This document shows positions 39,869-48,986 of a DNA stretch of 64,000 nucleotides, piece after piece. The stretch lies in the NCBI GenBank assembly GCA_965198175.1, contig OZ240245.1, forward strand, positions 3,456,001 to 3,520,000, written 5' to 3'. The notes beneath the pieces are model-generated. The model made no database searches. It saw nothing but the letters and a program-made list of their open reading frames with translations, and was not told where the DNA came from. The position numbers were made by a program, and so were the translations under genes. This DNA is from Candidatus Poribacteria bacterium. GTDB taxonomy: Bacteria; Poribacteria; WGA-4E; PCPOR2b. Positions within the stretch are counted from its first letter, which is position 1; every line of letters begins with the position of its first letter.

Positions 39869-40912
39869 TCAGTGGGGCTCCAATTCCCCGTTGCGATACG
39901 CTTTTATAAAATTAACGCAATACTCGTCTCGACCCAGAAGCATATCTTCAGCAAGCTTGTAGGGCTTTGACTGTCGGTCCATGGAAAAAATCTTTCGAGG
40001 GTCACTGGTGATGGGATCAATGATTCCACTGTCCGCACCGGCTTCAATCGCTAACATCATAAAAACATCGTTGATGAGACGACGGCATGGTAATCCGAAG
40101 GAGGCATTGCTAAAACCACCGCTAATATGGAGATCGGGACCATATTTCTCGCGAAGTTGACGTATCGCATCGAAGCAGTGGTTTCCGTATTGACTGTCTA
40201 CCGAGATTGGAAAGATTACCGGGTCAATGAAAATGTCTTGAATCGAGATCCCTTTGTCCAGGCCTTTGTCTACCATGAAAGAAGCATTGCAGACCCGTTC
40301 TTCAGCGTTCTCTGGCATACCGCCCGCGCTAGCCGCTTGAACGATGACCTTTGCATGATGCTGTTTGGCCAAATCTATGGTCTCAAGGCGTTCCGGCGCG
40401 GCTGAGTTCAGCATCGCTCGCCCCTCCCTGTCGTCGGATGCTTCAAGCCCCGCCTGGATGATTTCGGTATTAGAGGAATCCACTGACAACGGAATAGAAG
40501 ATATCTCCTGCACAGTTTGCACAAGCCAGCCCATCGCAGCCTTTTGCTCCTCAAGATGCAAAGAGACCTCGTCCACATTCAAGTCGAGGAAATCAGCCCC
40601 AGCGTCTAACTGCCTTTGAACCAGTCGAAACAGGTATTCCAGTCCTTCGCAGGCATGAGGATTTTGTTCCGACATGGCCGCTTGTATGGCGATCTTGACA
40701 TGTTTGATTCGTCCTTCCTCGTAGTCCTGAGTTTTCTTAATGCTGTCGGGGACAACGAGATAGCGGCGTTTTCTGTTTCTATCCAGATAGCGGATGGACT
40801 CGTCTCCGTCAGGGTTATTCGTAACGAGCTTTCCTTTTCGGCGCACAACACGGGTAGTGTGGACATTTTCACCGATAATGATGAATTCTCGACCGTTTAG
40901 CTTCATCTTCAT
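39869..40912 (-). CDS. Pterin-binding methyltetrahydrofolate:corrinoid methyltransferase (AcsE/MetH-pterin-like)
   Basis: IIGEN, GADFLDLNV, PLSVDS, LNS, IDP, GGFSN.SFGLP and G.DSGIIDP. Confidence 0.88.
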   Translation of the reverse strand: MKMKLNGREFIIIGENVHTTRVVRRKGKLVTNNPDGDESIRYLDRNRKRRYLVVPDSIKKTQDYEEGRIKHVKIAIQAAMSEQNPHACEGLEYLFRLVQRQLDAGADFLDLNVDEVSLHLEEQKAAMGWLVQTVQEISSIPLSVDSSNTEIIQAGLEASDDREGRAMLNSAAPERLETIDLAKQHHAKVIVQAASAGGMPENAEERVCNASFMVDKGLDKGISIQDIFIDPVIFPISVDSQYGNHCFDAIRQLREKYGPDLHISGGFSNASFGLPCRRLINDVFMMLAIEAGADSGIIDPITSDPRKIFSMDRQSKPYKLAEDMLLGRDEYCVNFIKAYRNGELEPH

Positions 40913-41029
40913 CTCCTAACGACAAATGGTAATTACTCAGGTAGCGGTCTTTCCAGGCGAATGTGCAGCGAATACGTTTTAATGAGCTGCCCTAAACTTT
41001 CTAAAACAACGATATGTCAGCTTATCTCA

Positions 41030-42961
41030 TCACGTAAATTCAATCGGCATTGGTTTGAACTGACATCCCTCCACGAACACCTCGAAGAAATCAGGAGTTG
41101 TCTCTAGTTCAACATGTTCGATTCCTTTAACCAGACGCTCAACAGACTCGCGCTTTCTCCGTGAAAGGAGGACTTCCCTTGCCCCCAGTACTGCTGCGTT
41201 TCCAACTTTGACGATGCGATCGTTGCGCACTGGCGCTAGGAAACCGATCTCAATGGCGTTGCGAACATCCACATAATTGGCGAATCCGCCAGCCAGATAG
41301 AGTAGCTTGACGTCCATTGGGTTGACACCGAACTTGCGCATGGCAATAAATTGACCGCAGTAATTGGCTGCCTTCGCTTGTGCAAGGTTGCTGATGTCTT
41401 CTCGGGAAAGCGTAATGTCATATTCGGGCACAACCGTCATCGAATACTGTTTTCTGTCAGCAAAAACACCTTTCGCCGTCATCTCATTATTGCGGCGGAG
41501 TTCCGCCAACAGATCAATCAAGCCGGAACCGCAGATACCTTGTGGTTCGATGCTGCCGATGGTATCATAGTTGATATGACCGTTGCACCATCGAATCGAC
41601 TCGATGGCTCCTTCGTAGCCTGGCATGCCGTACCTGATTCCGCGCCCTTCAAACGCGGGACCTGCCGGACAGGAAGCCGCTATCAGTCGCCCTGCATGTC
41701 CCACAATCACCTCAGTGTTGGTTCCCACATCCACCAGCATGACGACTTTTTCCTGCGATGCCATGTCGATCGCCACCAAATCGGCTGCTACATCCGCGCC
41801 AACGTGACTCGCGATTAGCGGCAGCCCATACACTCTGGCTTTTGGGTTCGCCCGAAGCCCCAGACGCCGCGTTTTTTCAATAAGTGATGTAGTCTTAAGC
41901 TCACCTTCGAGATACAAATGTTCGATCACAGACTTGTAGGGTTTTTGGCCAATGCTCTGCACATCCAGCTTGAAGAATATATCGCGCATCGTCGAGTTGC
42001 CCGCCACAACAATCTCATAAATTTCCTGACGGACGAAGCCAAACCGCCTCCCCATCTCGGTGATTTCGTGATTCAGCGCGTTGGTAACCGCCTTGCGTAA
42101 CTCTCCGGCAAACATGCTATCGTATGAAATACGGTGCATCACATCGCTGCCGCCGAACCGCTGGGGATTTTCAAAGGAGTTGACGCTGACGCTCTCGCCA
42201 GTCTCTAGGTCCACCAAATCCATCACGATAGTTGTGGTTCCCAAATCTATGGCAAGACCGTAAAGATGACCGCGATATGTGTCGATAGCTTCTCCATCAT
42301 AGTGGACTGTATCGCCCTGGCGGGTGACCATCGGATTGAGCTCAACAGGCTTCTCCTGAGTGCGCGAGAGAATCTTGGGTGTGCGCCGCAGCGGTGAGAA
42401 CTGTACATTAACATCAGGATCCTCGACAACCGCCTGACAAGCAAGACGGTAGTTTTCCCGCAAAAACGACTCAGCTTCGTTTCGAGAGCGTAACGCCTCC
42501 ATGCCCTGTTTAATCTCAACGATACACTCGTGGCATTGGCCCGTACGAAAACAGGAGGTCGGCACCTGTACTGCCAATTCGTCAGCGTAGTCGAACACCG
42601 TTTTCCCGGCTGTAAGTTTACACTTTTCGCCGTCATGCGTTATTGTGCCCTTACCATAATCCACCTCGCTCTTAATAAAAGCACCTTTATCCGCCTCCGT
42701 CTCCCAGGCGCCACGGTAGTCTAGCTTGTCGTCTCCGCCACACATCAATAACTCCCCTTTAGCACGAGGTTTCCGCTGGTTTCTACAGCCGAACTTGGCG
42801 GTACATTGATCGAAACGGTTCTTGTAAGGACACCGATAAGTGGCTTGCTCATCGGCGTGTCCCACCATGCTTGCAAACAATTCCGTAATTTTATTCAAGC
42901 GCTTCTGATATTCTTCCTTGGCGATCTTCTGCATGTTAAGTCTTGCCCGCAAATTAAACAC
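41030..42961 (-). CDS. ASKHA-type reductive activator of corrinoid proteins (RACE/RamA/DUF4445) with 2Fe-2S domain
   Basis: SC..TGQC..C...RLACQ, AIDLGTTT, DVGTNTE, AGPAFEG, GICGSG, LAGGF and GNAA. Confidence 0.92.
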   Translation of the reverse strand: MFNLRARLNMQKIAKEEYQKRLNKITELFASMVGHADEQATYRCPYKNRFDQCTAKFGCRNQRKPRAKGELLMCGGDDKLDYRGAWETEADKGAFIKSEVDYGKGTITHDGEKCKLTAGKTVFDYADELAVQVPTSCFRTGQCHECIVEIKQGMEALRSRNEAESFLRENYRLACQAVVEDPDVNVQFSPLRRTPKILSRTQEKPVELNPMVTRQGDTVHYDGEAIDTYRGHLYGLAIDLGTTTIVMDLVDLETGESVSVNSFENPQRFGGSDVMHRISYDSMFAGELRKAVTNALNHEITEMGRRFGFVRQEIYEIVVAGNSTMRDIFFKLDVQSIGQKPYKSVIEHLYLEGELKTTSLIEKTRRLGLRANPKARVYGLPLIASHVGADVAADLVAIDMASQEKVVMLVDVGTNTEVIVGHAGRLIAASCPAGPAFEGRGIRYGMPGYEGAIESIRWCNGHINYDTIGSIEPQGICGSGLIDLLAELRRNNEMTAKGVFADRKQYSMTVVPEYDITLSREDISNLAQAKAANYCGQFIAMRKFGVNPMDVKLLYLAGGFANYVDVRNAIEIGFLAPVRNDRIVKVGNAAVLGAREVLLSRRKRESVERLVKGIEHVELETTPDFFEVFVEGCQFKPMPIEFT

Positions 42962-43155
42962 ACGGACTTAAACCCCGGCGGCTGCGAGATTTTTCTCTAA
43001 AGACAAGAGTTTTGAGACCTTCTAGCACTAGGCAACTGGGTCAATAAGAAATCAAGTCCAACGGTTCACTAATTCACCTGCTCGCTTATCCTTTGGTACA
43101 CTGCTTCATCAGAACTGCAAGGTAGGAGAATCAAACAAAACTGGTGTAGGAGCAT

Positions 43156-43920
43156 TTATAACTTTCCTTCGTCTTTAAGCTCATCAAGCAGTTGCTTGGC
43201 AAGCGCCACGCACGCAAGTGCGTCCTTCCCATATCCATCCGCACCCATATCATCGGCAAACTCCTGGGTCACTGGCGCTCCGCCCACCATAATTTTGACA
43301 TCTTCGCGGAGGTCCGCATCAATAAAACCTTCAATCGTTTTGCCCATGTTAGGCATCGTCGTAGTCAGAAGTGCAGACATTCCGAGTACGGGGGCCCCAT
43401 GTTCTTCCACTGCATCTATGAACTCGTCGTCTGAAGTATCTACGCCCAGATCGTGTACGACGAATCCCGTGCCACGCAGCATCATGATGCAAAGATTTTT
43501 GCCAATGTCGTGCAGGTCACCTTTCACAGTTCCCATGATGACTGAGCCAATAGGCTCAATCCCCGATGCGGACAGAATCGGTTCGATATACGCCATGCCT
43601 GCCTTCATCGCACGTGCACAAGCGAGGACTTCCGGGACGAAAATGAAATTTTCCCGAAACTTAATCCCGACAATGCCCATCCCCGCGATGAGGCCATCGT
43701 CCATAATCTCTAAAGCCTCGGTGCCCACGTCCAAAGCCTCTTTGGTTAATCGGTCCACAGTATGATGGTCCCCATCTATAAGCGCGGCAGATATTTCCTG
43801 CATCGCGGGGCTAGCTTGGACAAATGTGTCAATAGTGCGCATGCGTTCATCGGGACGCTCAATATATTCCTCGATTTCATCTCTGATAAACTCATTTTCG
43901 ATGTCGGTAATTTCTGGCAT
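43156..43920 (-). CDS. Corrinoid (B12-binding) protein, MtaC/MttC-like
   Basis: FVPEVL, GTVKGDLHDIGKN, SALLTTTM and VGGAPV. Confidence 0.95.
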   Translation of the reverse strand: MPEITDIENEFIRDEIEEYIERPDERMRTIDTFVQASPAMQEISAALIDGDHHTVDRLTKEALDVGTEALEIMDDGLIAGMGIVGIKFRENFIFVPEVLACARAMKAGMAYIEPILSASGIEPIGSVIMGTVKGDLHDIGKNLCIMMLRGTGFVVHDLGVDTSDDEFIDAVEEHGAPVLGMSALLTTTMPNMGKTIEGFIDADLREDVKIMVGGAPVTQEFADDMGADGYGKDALACVALAKQLLDELKDEGKL

Positions 43921-44158
43921 AGTATCTCTCTTTAGGCTTCAGATAGATCTTCGTAAAAGTTTAAGGGTTCTTAGCTGTATCCTCTCTCCTATCAGATGTT
44001 GTCGTTCTGCTACTCGCTTCGGATTATTAAAATGAAGGATTCTTTACTGTCACACGCCCCTCTGTCGTGAGTGAGCAGACTGAATCCGTTTCTCCAATAC
44101 ATCAAGGACTTGCATTGGCAGTTGAACCATATCGTGCTCCGAATTAATTCTCAGTCGC

Positions 44159-45184
44159 TTATTGTCGGTGCCAATCGCGCACAGCCGCAGGAATTTCTTT
44201 GAGGTTGTCAATTGAAGTTTGTAGGGGAATCGCACACTCCGGTCCTACAAGTTGGACCCCAGCCTCCAGGTTCTTGTAGACCTCTTGCCGAACCTCTTCG
44301 GGGCCTCTCGCAAACAACGTCTCGGGATTATTGATATTTCCCACTAGAGAAATTCGATTCTGCATCACTTCCATGGACTCGTCGGGCGCGTTCTTGGAAT
44401 CGTAATGGAAGGCGGCGAACCCTGTCTGGGCGATGTACTCCATACGGTCCACCGTCCGCCCACAAATATGTAGAATTAGCGGGATTGGGAGTCGCTCGGC
44501 AAACTCAATATGCAGATCGCGCAGGTACCGCTGATAATACTCGCCGCTGACCAAGTCTCCGGTCGCGTGGTCAGGCAAGGTTAGCGCATCCGCTCCCGCT
44601 TCAATCTGCGCTAACCCGAACGCTATAGTAATTTCTTTCATCTTGTCCAGCGCGAGTTTCGTTTTTCCCGGATTGTCTAGTGATAAAAGCAGAAAAGGTT
44701 CCACTCCGAAGCAGTGGTATCCAAGCGACCACGGTCCCATCGTCTTTCCAATCACAGCGACCTCGTCGCCGTACTCCTTTTTGAGGATTTGAATTGCTTC
44801 GGTTACACACTGGGTATCCTGGTGAGTTAAGAGATCGGGTGGAATTTTGATGTCCTCAACGTCTTCCCAAATCGGTTCTCTCATTTTCACGGTAGGCCAG
44901 TTGTCTTTCTGTTCCCATTGAATCTTACAACCCAAGGCAGAAGATTCTTGGATAATGGTGAAGACCGGCATGATCGTGTCGAACCCTAACTCTGTATATC
45001 CAGTAGCCGCTAACCGCGCCATCAGTTCCGGCTGCCGGTTTGCCTCCGGGAACGGTGCATCTACCAAATCCATCAGTTCCACCGTGGCTACCGACGTCGG
45101 ATTGCAAATCGGCGTCCGGTCCACGGGTGCTCTATGCAACGCCGCAAGGACACGTTGGCGACTCGTCATCGGTTGAGTTTTCAT
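44159..45184 (-). CDS. MtaA/CmuA-family methyltransferase (URO-D fold)
   Basis: ESSALGC, GPWS, GADAL, ILHICG, GNINN and GPECAI (HxC..C Zn site); start reassigned to MKTQPM. Confidence 0.9.
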   Translation of the reverse strand: MKTQPMTSRQRVLAALHRAPVDRTPICNPTSVATVELMDLVDAPFPEANRQPELMARLAATGYTELGFDTIMPVFTIIQESSALGCKIQWEQKDNWPTVKMREPIWEDVEDIKIPPDLLTHQDTQCVTEAIQILKKEYGDEVAVIGKTMGPWSLGYHCFGVEPFLLLSLDNPGKTKLALDKMKEITIAFGLAQIEAGADALTLPDHATGDLVSGEYYQRYLRDLHIEFAERLPIPLILHICGRTVDRMEYIAQTGFAAFHYDSKNAPDESMEVMQNRISLVGNINNPETLFARGPEEVRQEVYKNLEAGVQLVGPECAIPLQTSIDNLKEIPAAVRDWHRQ

Positions 45185-45230
45185 CTCATTCTCCTCACTG
45201 ATTTTGGTCCTGTCCTTTCTTGAGTTCGGA

Positions 45231-45866
45231 TTATTCCTGTTGGCTAGGTGATGAAAGCGTCCCTCGTGACGCAACCGCCTCCTGCTCCCGTATTACGGTA
45301 CGTACATTCGGAGCGCGAACCAGTAATAAGCCGACCATGGCATCGTGGATGTACCCACAAGAAAACGCAACTCGATCTAAAGCTTCACCTCCGTCATCCA
45401 TCTGCCCCAGTTTAATCAAACCCCCACCAATAGCCGAAATGCGCTTTTCCTTGTGGCTTCCCTCGCCATCACCTGTGATCTGGTAAACCCCGTTCCCGAG
45501 ACTGAGGACTGTGATGGTTAGACCAGACTTCTTGTCGAGAGTATTCAAAGGGCGTGGTTCGATTGGCTCGTCCGGATCGAGCTTGCAGGCTTCTAGAAAA
45601 ATCCGTTTACAAGCGAGTTCATGCTCTGCCCAACAGGGAAACCGAAGCAGTCCATCAGAAGTCAACTCCATGCCTCCCAAGATTTTCATCGCCTTGCGCA
45701 CAAAGGCAATACGCCGCTTTTCTCCTTCAAGGCGACTGTATGTATGAACCAAAAACGCGGGGCCTTCATCCCGTTCTTGGCAGTACAGGCCAATTGAAAT
45801 GTCATGGAAATGGGAATCCATCGGAACCAATTCAATTCGCCTTCCAATATCGACTGTCTCACCCAT
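45231..45866 (-). CDS. Hypothetical protein, first gene of the methyltransferase operon
   Basis: AAGGA RBS; two F.C...H motifs (FPCWAEH, FSCGYIH). Confidence 0.75.
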   Translation of the reverse strand: MGETVDIGRRIELVPMDSHFHDISIGLYCQERDEGPAFLVHTYSRLEGEKRRIAFVRKAMKILGGMELTSDGLLRFPCWAEHELACKRIFLEACKLDPDEPIEPRPLNTLDKKSGLTITVLSLGNGVYQITGDGEGSHKEKRISAIGGGLIKLGQMDDGGEALDRVAFSCGYIHDAMVGLLLVRAPNVRTVIREQEAVASRGTLSSPSQQE

Positions 45867-45927
45867 GGCTATATCCTTTTAGGAATGAATCAAGACATTC
45901 TCGACTGCTGGTTCGCAATTGTTTCGC

Positions 45928-46020
45928 TTGACCGCAGAGGAAATCAAGAAGTATAATTATGAGAAGCATAATAACTGATGGTCTGACCTTTAGGAGGTAA
46001 GTATAACCCAAAACCGCGAA
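45928..46020 (+). repeat. Copy 1 of the duplicated promoter/operator (26-bp exact core 45967-45992)
   Basis: CATAATAACTGATGGTCTGACCTTTA is identical to 51684-51709; flanks are also similar. Confidence 0.85.
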
Positions 46021-46193
46021 ATTGTAAAGCGAAATTTTCATTGGGGATGCGTCCAGCTTGCACATTTAGATGGCAAATCCCCACCGAAAACCTTCAACCG
46101 CCGATGAAGTGGTCATCAAACGAGGCGTCGTAAAATGTATTCAGGGAGGACTAAGGTGAACGTCGTTCTTTTTGCGGCATCTCCCATCAACAG

Positions 46194-46430
46194 ATGACGT
46201 GGGGCGGGATAGATGCATTAGGCAAGCCGGTGGTGATTCAGGAGGAAAACACTTCGCCAAAAACCGCCATCCCGCTGAAGGAGTCGCGTGACCTTGCTGA
46301 CAACCGCATTGGCGGCATGTGGGAAACCCGTGAAGACGAAATCAAACAGAAATTTGAAATAGATCCACTCGCCGTATCCCCGACTGGTAAGCTGGTTCTC
46401 ACATGGGGAGCGGTAAAGGCGTCAAGGTAG
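46194..46430 (+). pseudogene. C-terminal remnant of a LamG-type protein with the TWG tail
   Basis: Ends DEIKQKFEIDPLAVSPTGKLVLTWGAVKASR; no signal peptide or complete domain. Confidence 0.6.
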
Positions 46431-46475
46431 ATCCACATTCAGCAGACCACGCCCGTAGCGGGACGGGTGATAATA

Positions 46476-46504
46476 TTGACAGAATCGAAAATCGGCTCTA
46501 TAAT
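46476..46504 (+). promoter_or_regulatory. Consensus sigma70 promoter
   Basis: TTGACA-N17-TATAAT. Confidence 0.75.
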
Positions 46505-46728
46505 TGTCGCATATCAATTATCGAGAGTTGTCGTAACTTGCACAGGAACCTAAACCTACAATAATTCAGACGTTGTGATTCCTTTGTTTCCTTTCATTTT
46601 TTCCGTTGGGGTGGAAATAGTCAACCAAATTCAACAACAAGAAAAGGAGGCTAAACATGTTTAATAAAGAGGGTTTGGCGCTAGCTTTTGTTGTGGTAAC
46701 TGATGTTCTCAGGATATGGAGGCCTACT

Positions 46729-47526
46729 ATGGCGACCATATCATGTCGCGGACTGGCTCAGGTGCTACTGGCGTTGTTGCTGCTGCTGTGCTCGGCGCCG
46801 GCCCAGGCGCAGATCGTCACGGACGGCCTGATCAGTTACTGGACCTTTGACGAATCGGATGTCGAGGGCATGACGGTTAAGGACGTGTGGGGCGAGAATC
46901 ACGGGACGATGAGCCGGGAAATGGCGCTCGTCCAAGGAAAGGTGGGCGATGCAGTCGCCTTCGACGCCGAAGAGGGGGACGTCGTGGACGTGCCCTTCCA
47001 CGCCTCGTTCGGCGACCCGGAAGACCTCACGGTGGAGCTCTGGTTGAGGCCGGACCTCGATAAGTTTCACTGCCTGGCGATCGGCCGGGACGACGGCAAC
47101 TTCTTCGACGGCGTCCAGCACCGGATATGGAAGATGGGCCCCTCGGGTGGAGATGCCTTCTATTACGAGTTCTTCGGCTTTGGCAACGGCGCATTCCGAA
47201 GTCCGGGCGACGCCGAGTATACCGCCGGCGAGTGGTCTCACCTCGCCATGACATTCACCCAGAAGGACGTCCGGAAGTTCTACGTGAACGGCGCACTGCT
47301 CGACAATGTCCCCGCGGCCACGCTGCTGCACTTCGAGACGGGAATTCGATTCGGCGCTCGGATCGATGATGCCGAGTGGTTCGCTGGCGTCATAGACGAG
47401 GCGCGTATCTACAACCGCGCCTTAACGGACGCTGAAATCCAACAGAACTTCCAGGCGCAAGGCTTGGCGGTCGATCCACCGGCGGGTCTCGCCGTGACTT
47501 GGGGCGGACTGAAGGCGGGCAAGTAA
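46729..47526 (+). CDS. Exported LamG/concanavalin A-like protein with TWG tail (alternative in-frame start at 46657)
   Basis: Signal peptide, GLISYWTFDE, W.HLAMT, G.IDEARIYNRALT..EI and LAVDP..LAVTWGGLK. Confidence 0.9.
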   Translation: MATISCRGLAQVLLALLLLLCSAPAQAQIVTDGLISYWTFDESDVEGMTVKDVWGENHGTMSREMALVQGKVGDAVAFDAEEGDVVDVPFHASFGDPEDLTVELWLRPDLDKFHCLAIGRDDGNFFDGVQHRIWKMGPSGGDAFYYEFFGFGNGAFRSPGDAEYTAGEWSHLAMTFTQKDVRKFYVNGALLDNVPAATLLHFETGIRFGARIDDAEWFAGVIDEARIYNRALTDAEIQQNFQAQGLAVDPPAGLAVTWGGLKAGK

Positions 47527-47668
47527 CGGATCGCCTCGATCCGGTCGACTAGCCGGCCGGAAGGAGGGTCGAGGCCTGGTCGTCAGGAGAGAGATCCACG
47601 GCGATCGATTGGCCTCAGCTCCTTTCCTCGACAAATCAATGCTGCAGTGGATATCGTGAAAGGACGAA

Positions 47669-48493
47669 GTGGATACCAAAGTTTACGACCTGTCGAACCA
47701 AAATTCAACCATTTTTTCAGCGTGGGGAATTTCTATCCTCGGCGTCGCCGCCGCCTTGCTGATTGTCACTAGTGCGGACGGCCGGGTGCCTGCGCTCGGC
47801 GCCTGGCTCTTCGACGCGGACGAAGGGGAGGTGGTCACGGACGCAACCGGCAACGGCAATGAAGGCGAAGTGACGGACGTCCTGTGGTCTCCTGAAGGCA
47901 AGTTCGGCGGAGCGCTTGAGTTCGACGGCGTGAAGGGTTCGGTCCTCTTCAACGGCGACCAAGAGCCTCCCGAGCATGCCTTCATTCTCCATCAGAAGAC
48001 GGACGCCACGGTCACGTGGTGGATCTACAACCGACTCGCGCAACATCGCGCTATCTTCTGGACGCGCGAAGATGGCGTCGACGCGGCACGCTTCAACATC
48101 GTGACCGATCCGGGTCCCGAATTCGGTTGGGACTACCGCGCCAACGACGGCACCATGCATGCGACCGGCGTCCGAACAAAACTGCCGTTGAAGGAATGGA
48201 CTCATCTAGCGATCGTTCGGGAAGGCAAGCGCTACCGACTGTACAAGAACGGCGAGCTCCAAGGCATGTCCATAGATCCCAAGCCAGACCTGCCCGGCAC
48301 ATCAGCTTGGCAAATCTCCGGCCGGGGAGGCTTCACGCTCGATGGCTTAATCGATGAACTCGCCTTCTACGGTCGGGCGCTCACCCAGGAAGAGATCGCC
48401 GACATTAAGACCCGGGGCTTGGAGCTGGCTGCGCTGTACGTCTCACCGCATGGCAGGCTGGTCATGACCTGGGGTCGACTCAAGAACCGCTGA
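47669..48493 (+). CDS. Exported LamG/concanavalin A-like protein with TWG tail
   Basis: WLFD..G..D.TGNGN.G, GKFGGALEFDG, WTHLA, IDELAFY.RALT..EI and VSPHGRLVMTWGRLK. Confidence 0.9.
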   Translation: MDTKVYDLSNQNSTIFSAWGISILGVAAALLIVTSADGRVPALGAWLFDADEGEVVTDATGNGNEGEVTDVLWSPEGKFGGALEFDGVKGSVLFNGDQEPPEHAFILHQKTDATVTWWIYNRLAQHRAIFWTREDGVDAARFNIVTDPGPEFGWDYRANDGTMHATGVRTKLPLKEWTHLAIVREGKRYRLYKNGELQGMSIDPKPDLPGTSAWQISGRGGFTLDGLIDELAFYGRALTQEEIADIKTRGLELAALYVSPHGRLVMTWGRLKNR

Positions 48494-48529
48494 CGGCCCA
48501 ACCACCGATCGGCACGGGATTAGGGAGAA

Positions 48530-48970
48530 CAACTGCTGGCGCTACTACGAGGTCCTGTACGATCTCTACGAGCCCATTAACCACCGGGGAGGCGTCGAGT
48601 CCAGTCCGGGGTTAGCAGCGGAATACGCGGCCCCAGACCGCAGCAAAGCCTGGGCGCATCGTTCGTATGCGCAATGGGCCGGGGCACGTATGTCCACAAG
48701 TGCAGTAACGAGGTGATTCAGGACTGGCTCATCTCCGTGCCACCAATATACGAGGAGGACGAATACACTTTCGTTCTGCGAGGCCTGCATCCCGCTCTGA
48801 AGTACTCTGTCACCTTGGACAGCCTGAACTCGACGTTCACGGTCGAGGGACTCCGGCTCCTACAAGGGCTTCCGATCCGGCTAAAAAGACGCAGGGATGT
48901 CCGAGCTCCTCCTGTTTCAGGCCGACTAGAGCCAATCATACCAAACCTATTGAAACCTGGTACCATGTGA
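48530..48970 (+). pseudogene. Fragments resembling an alpha-galactosidase (GH36) C-terminal region
   Basis: YTFVLRGLHPALKYSVTLDSLNSTFTVEGLRLLQGLPIRL resembles the GH36 C-terminal beta domain; no full ORF. Confidence 0.4.
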
Positions 48971-48986
48971 AGGGGGACGCGCCAAC

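Noticed and set aside
37478..45866. Methanogenesis or Wood-Ljungdahl pathway; cobalamin or SAM riboswitch
   Set aside because: No mcr, acsB or CODH genes in the window, and no riboswitch consensus seen upstream
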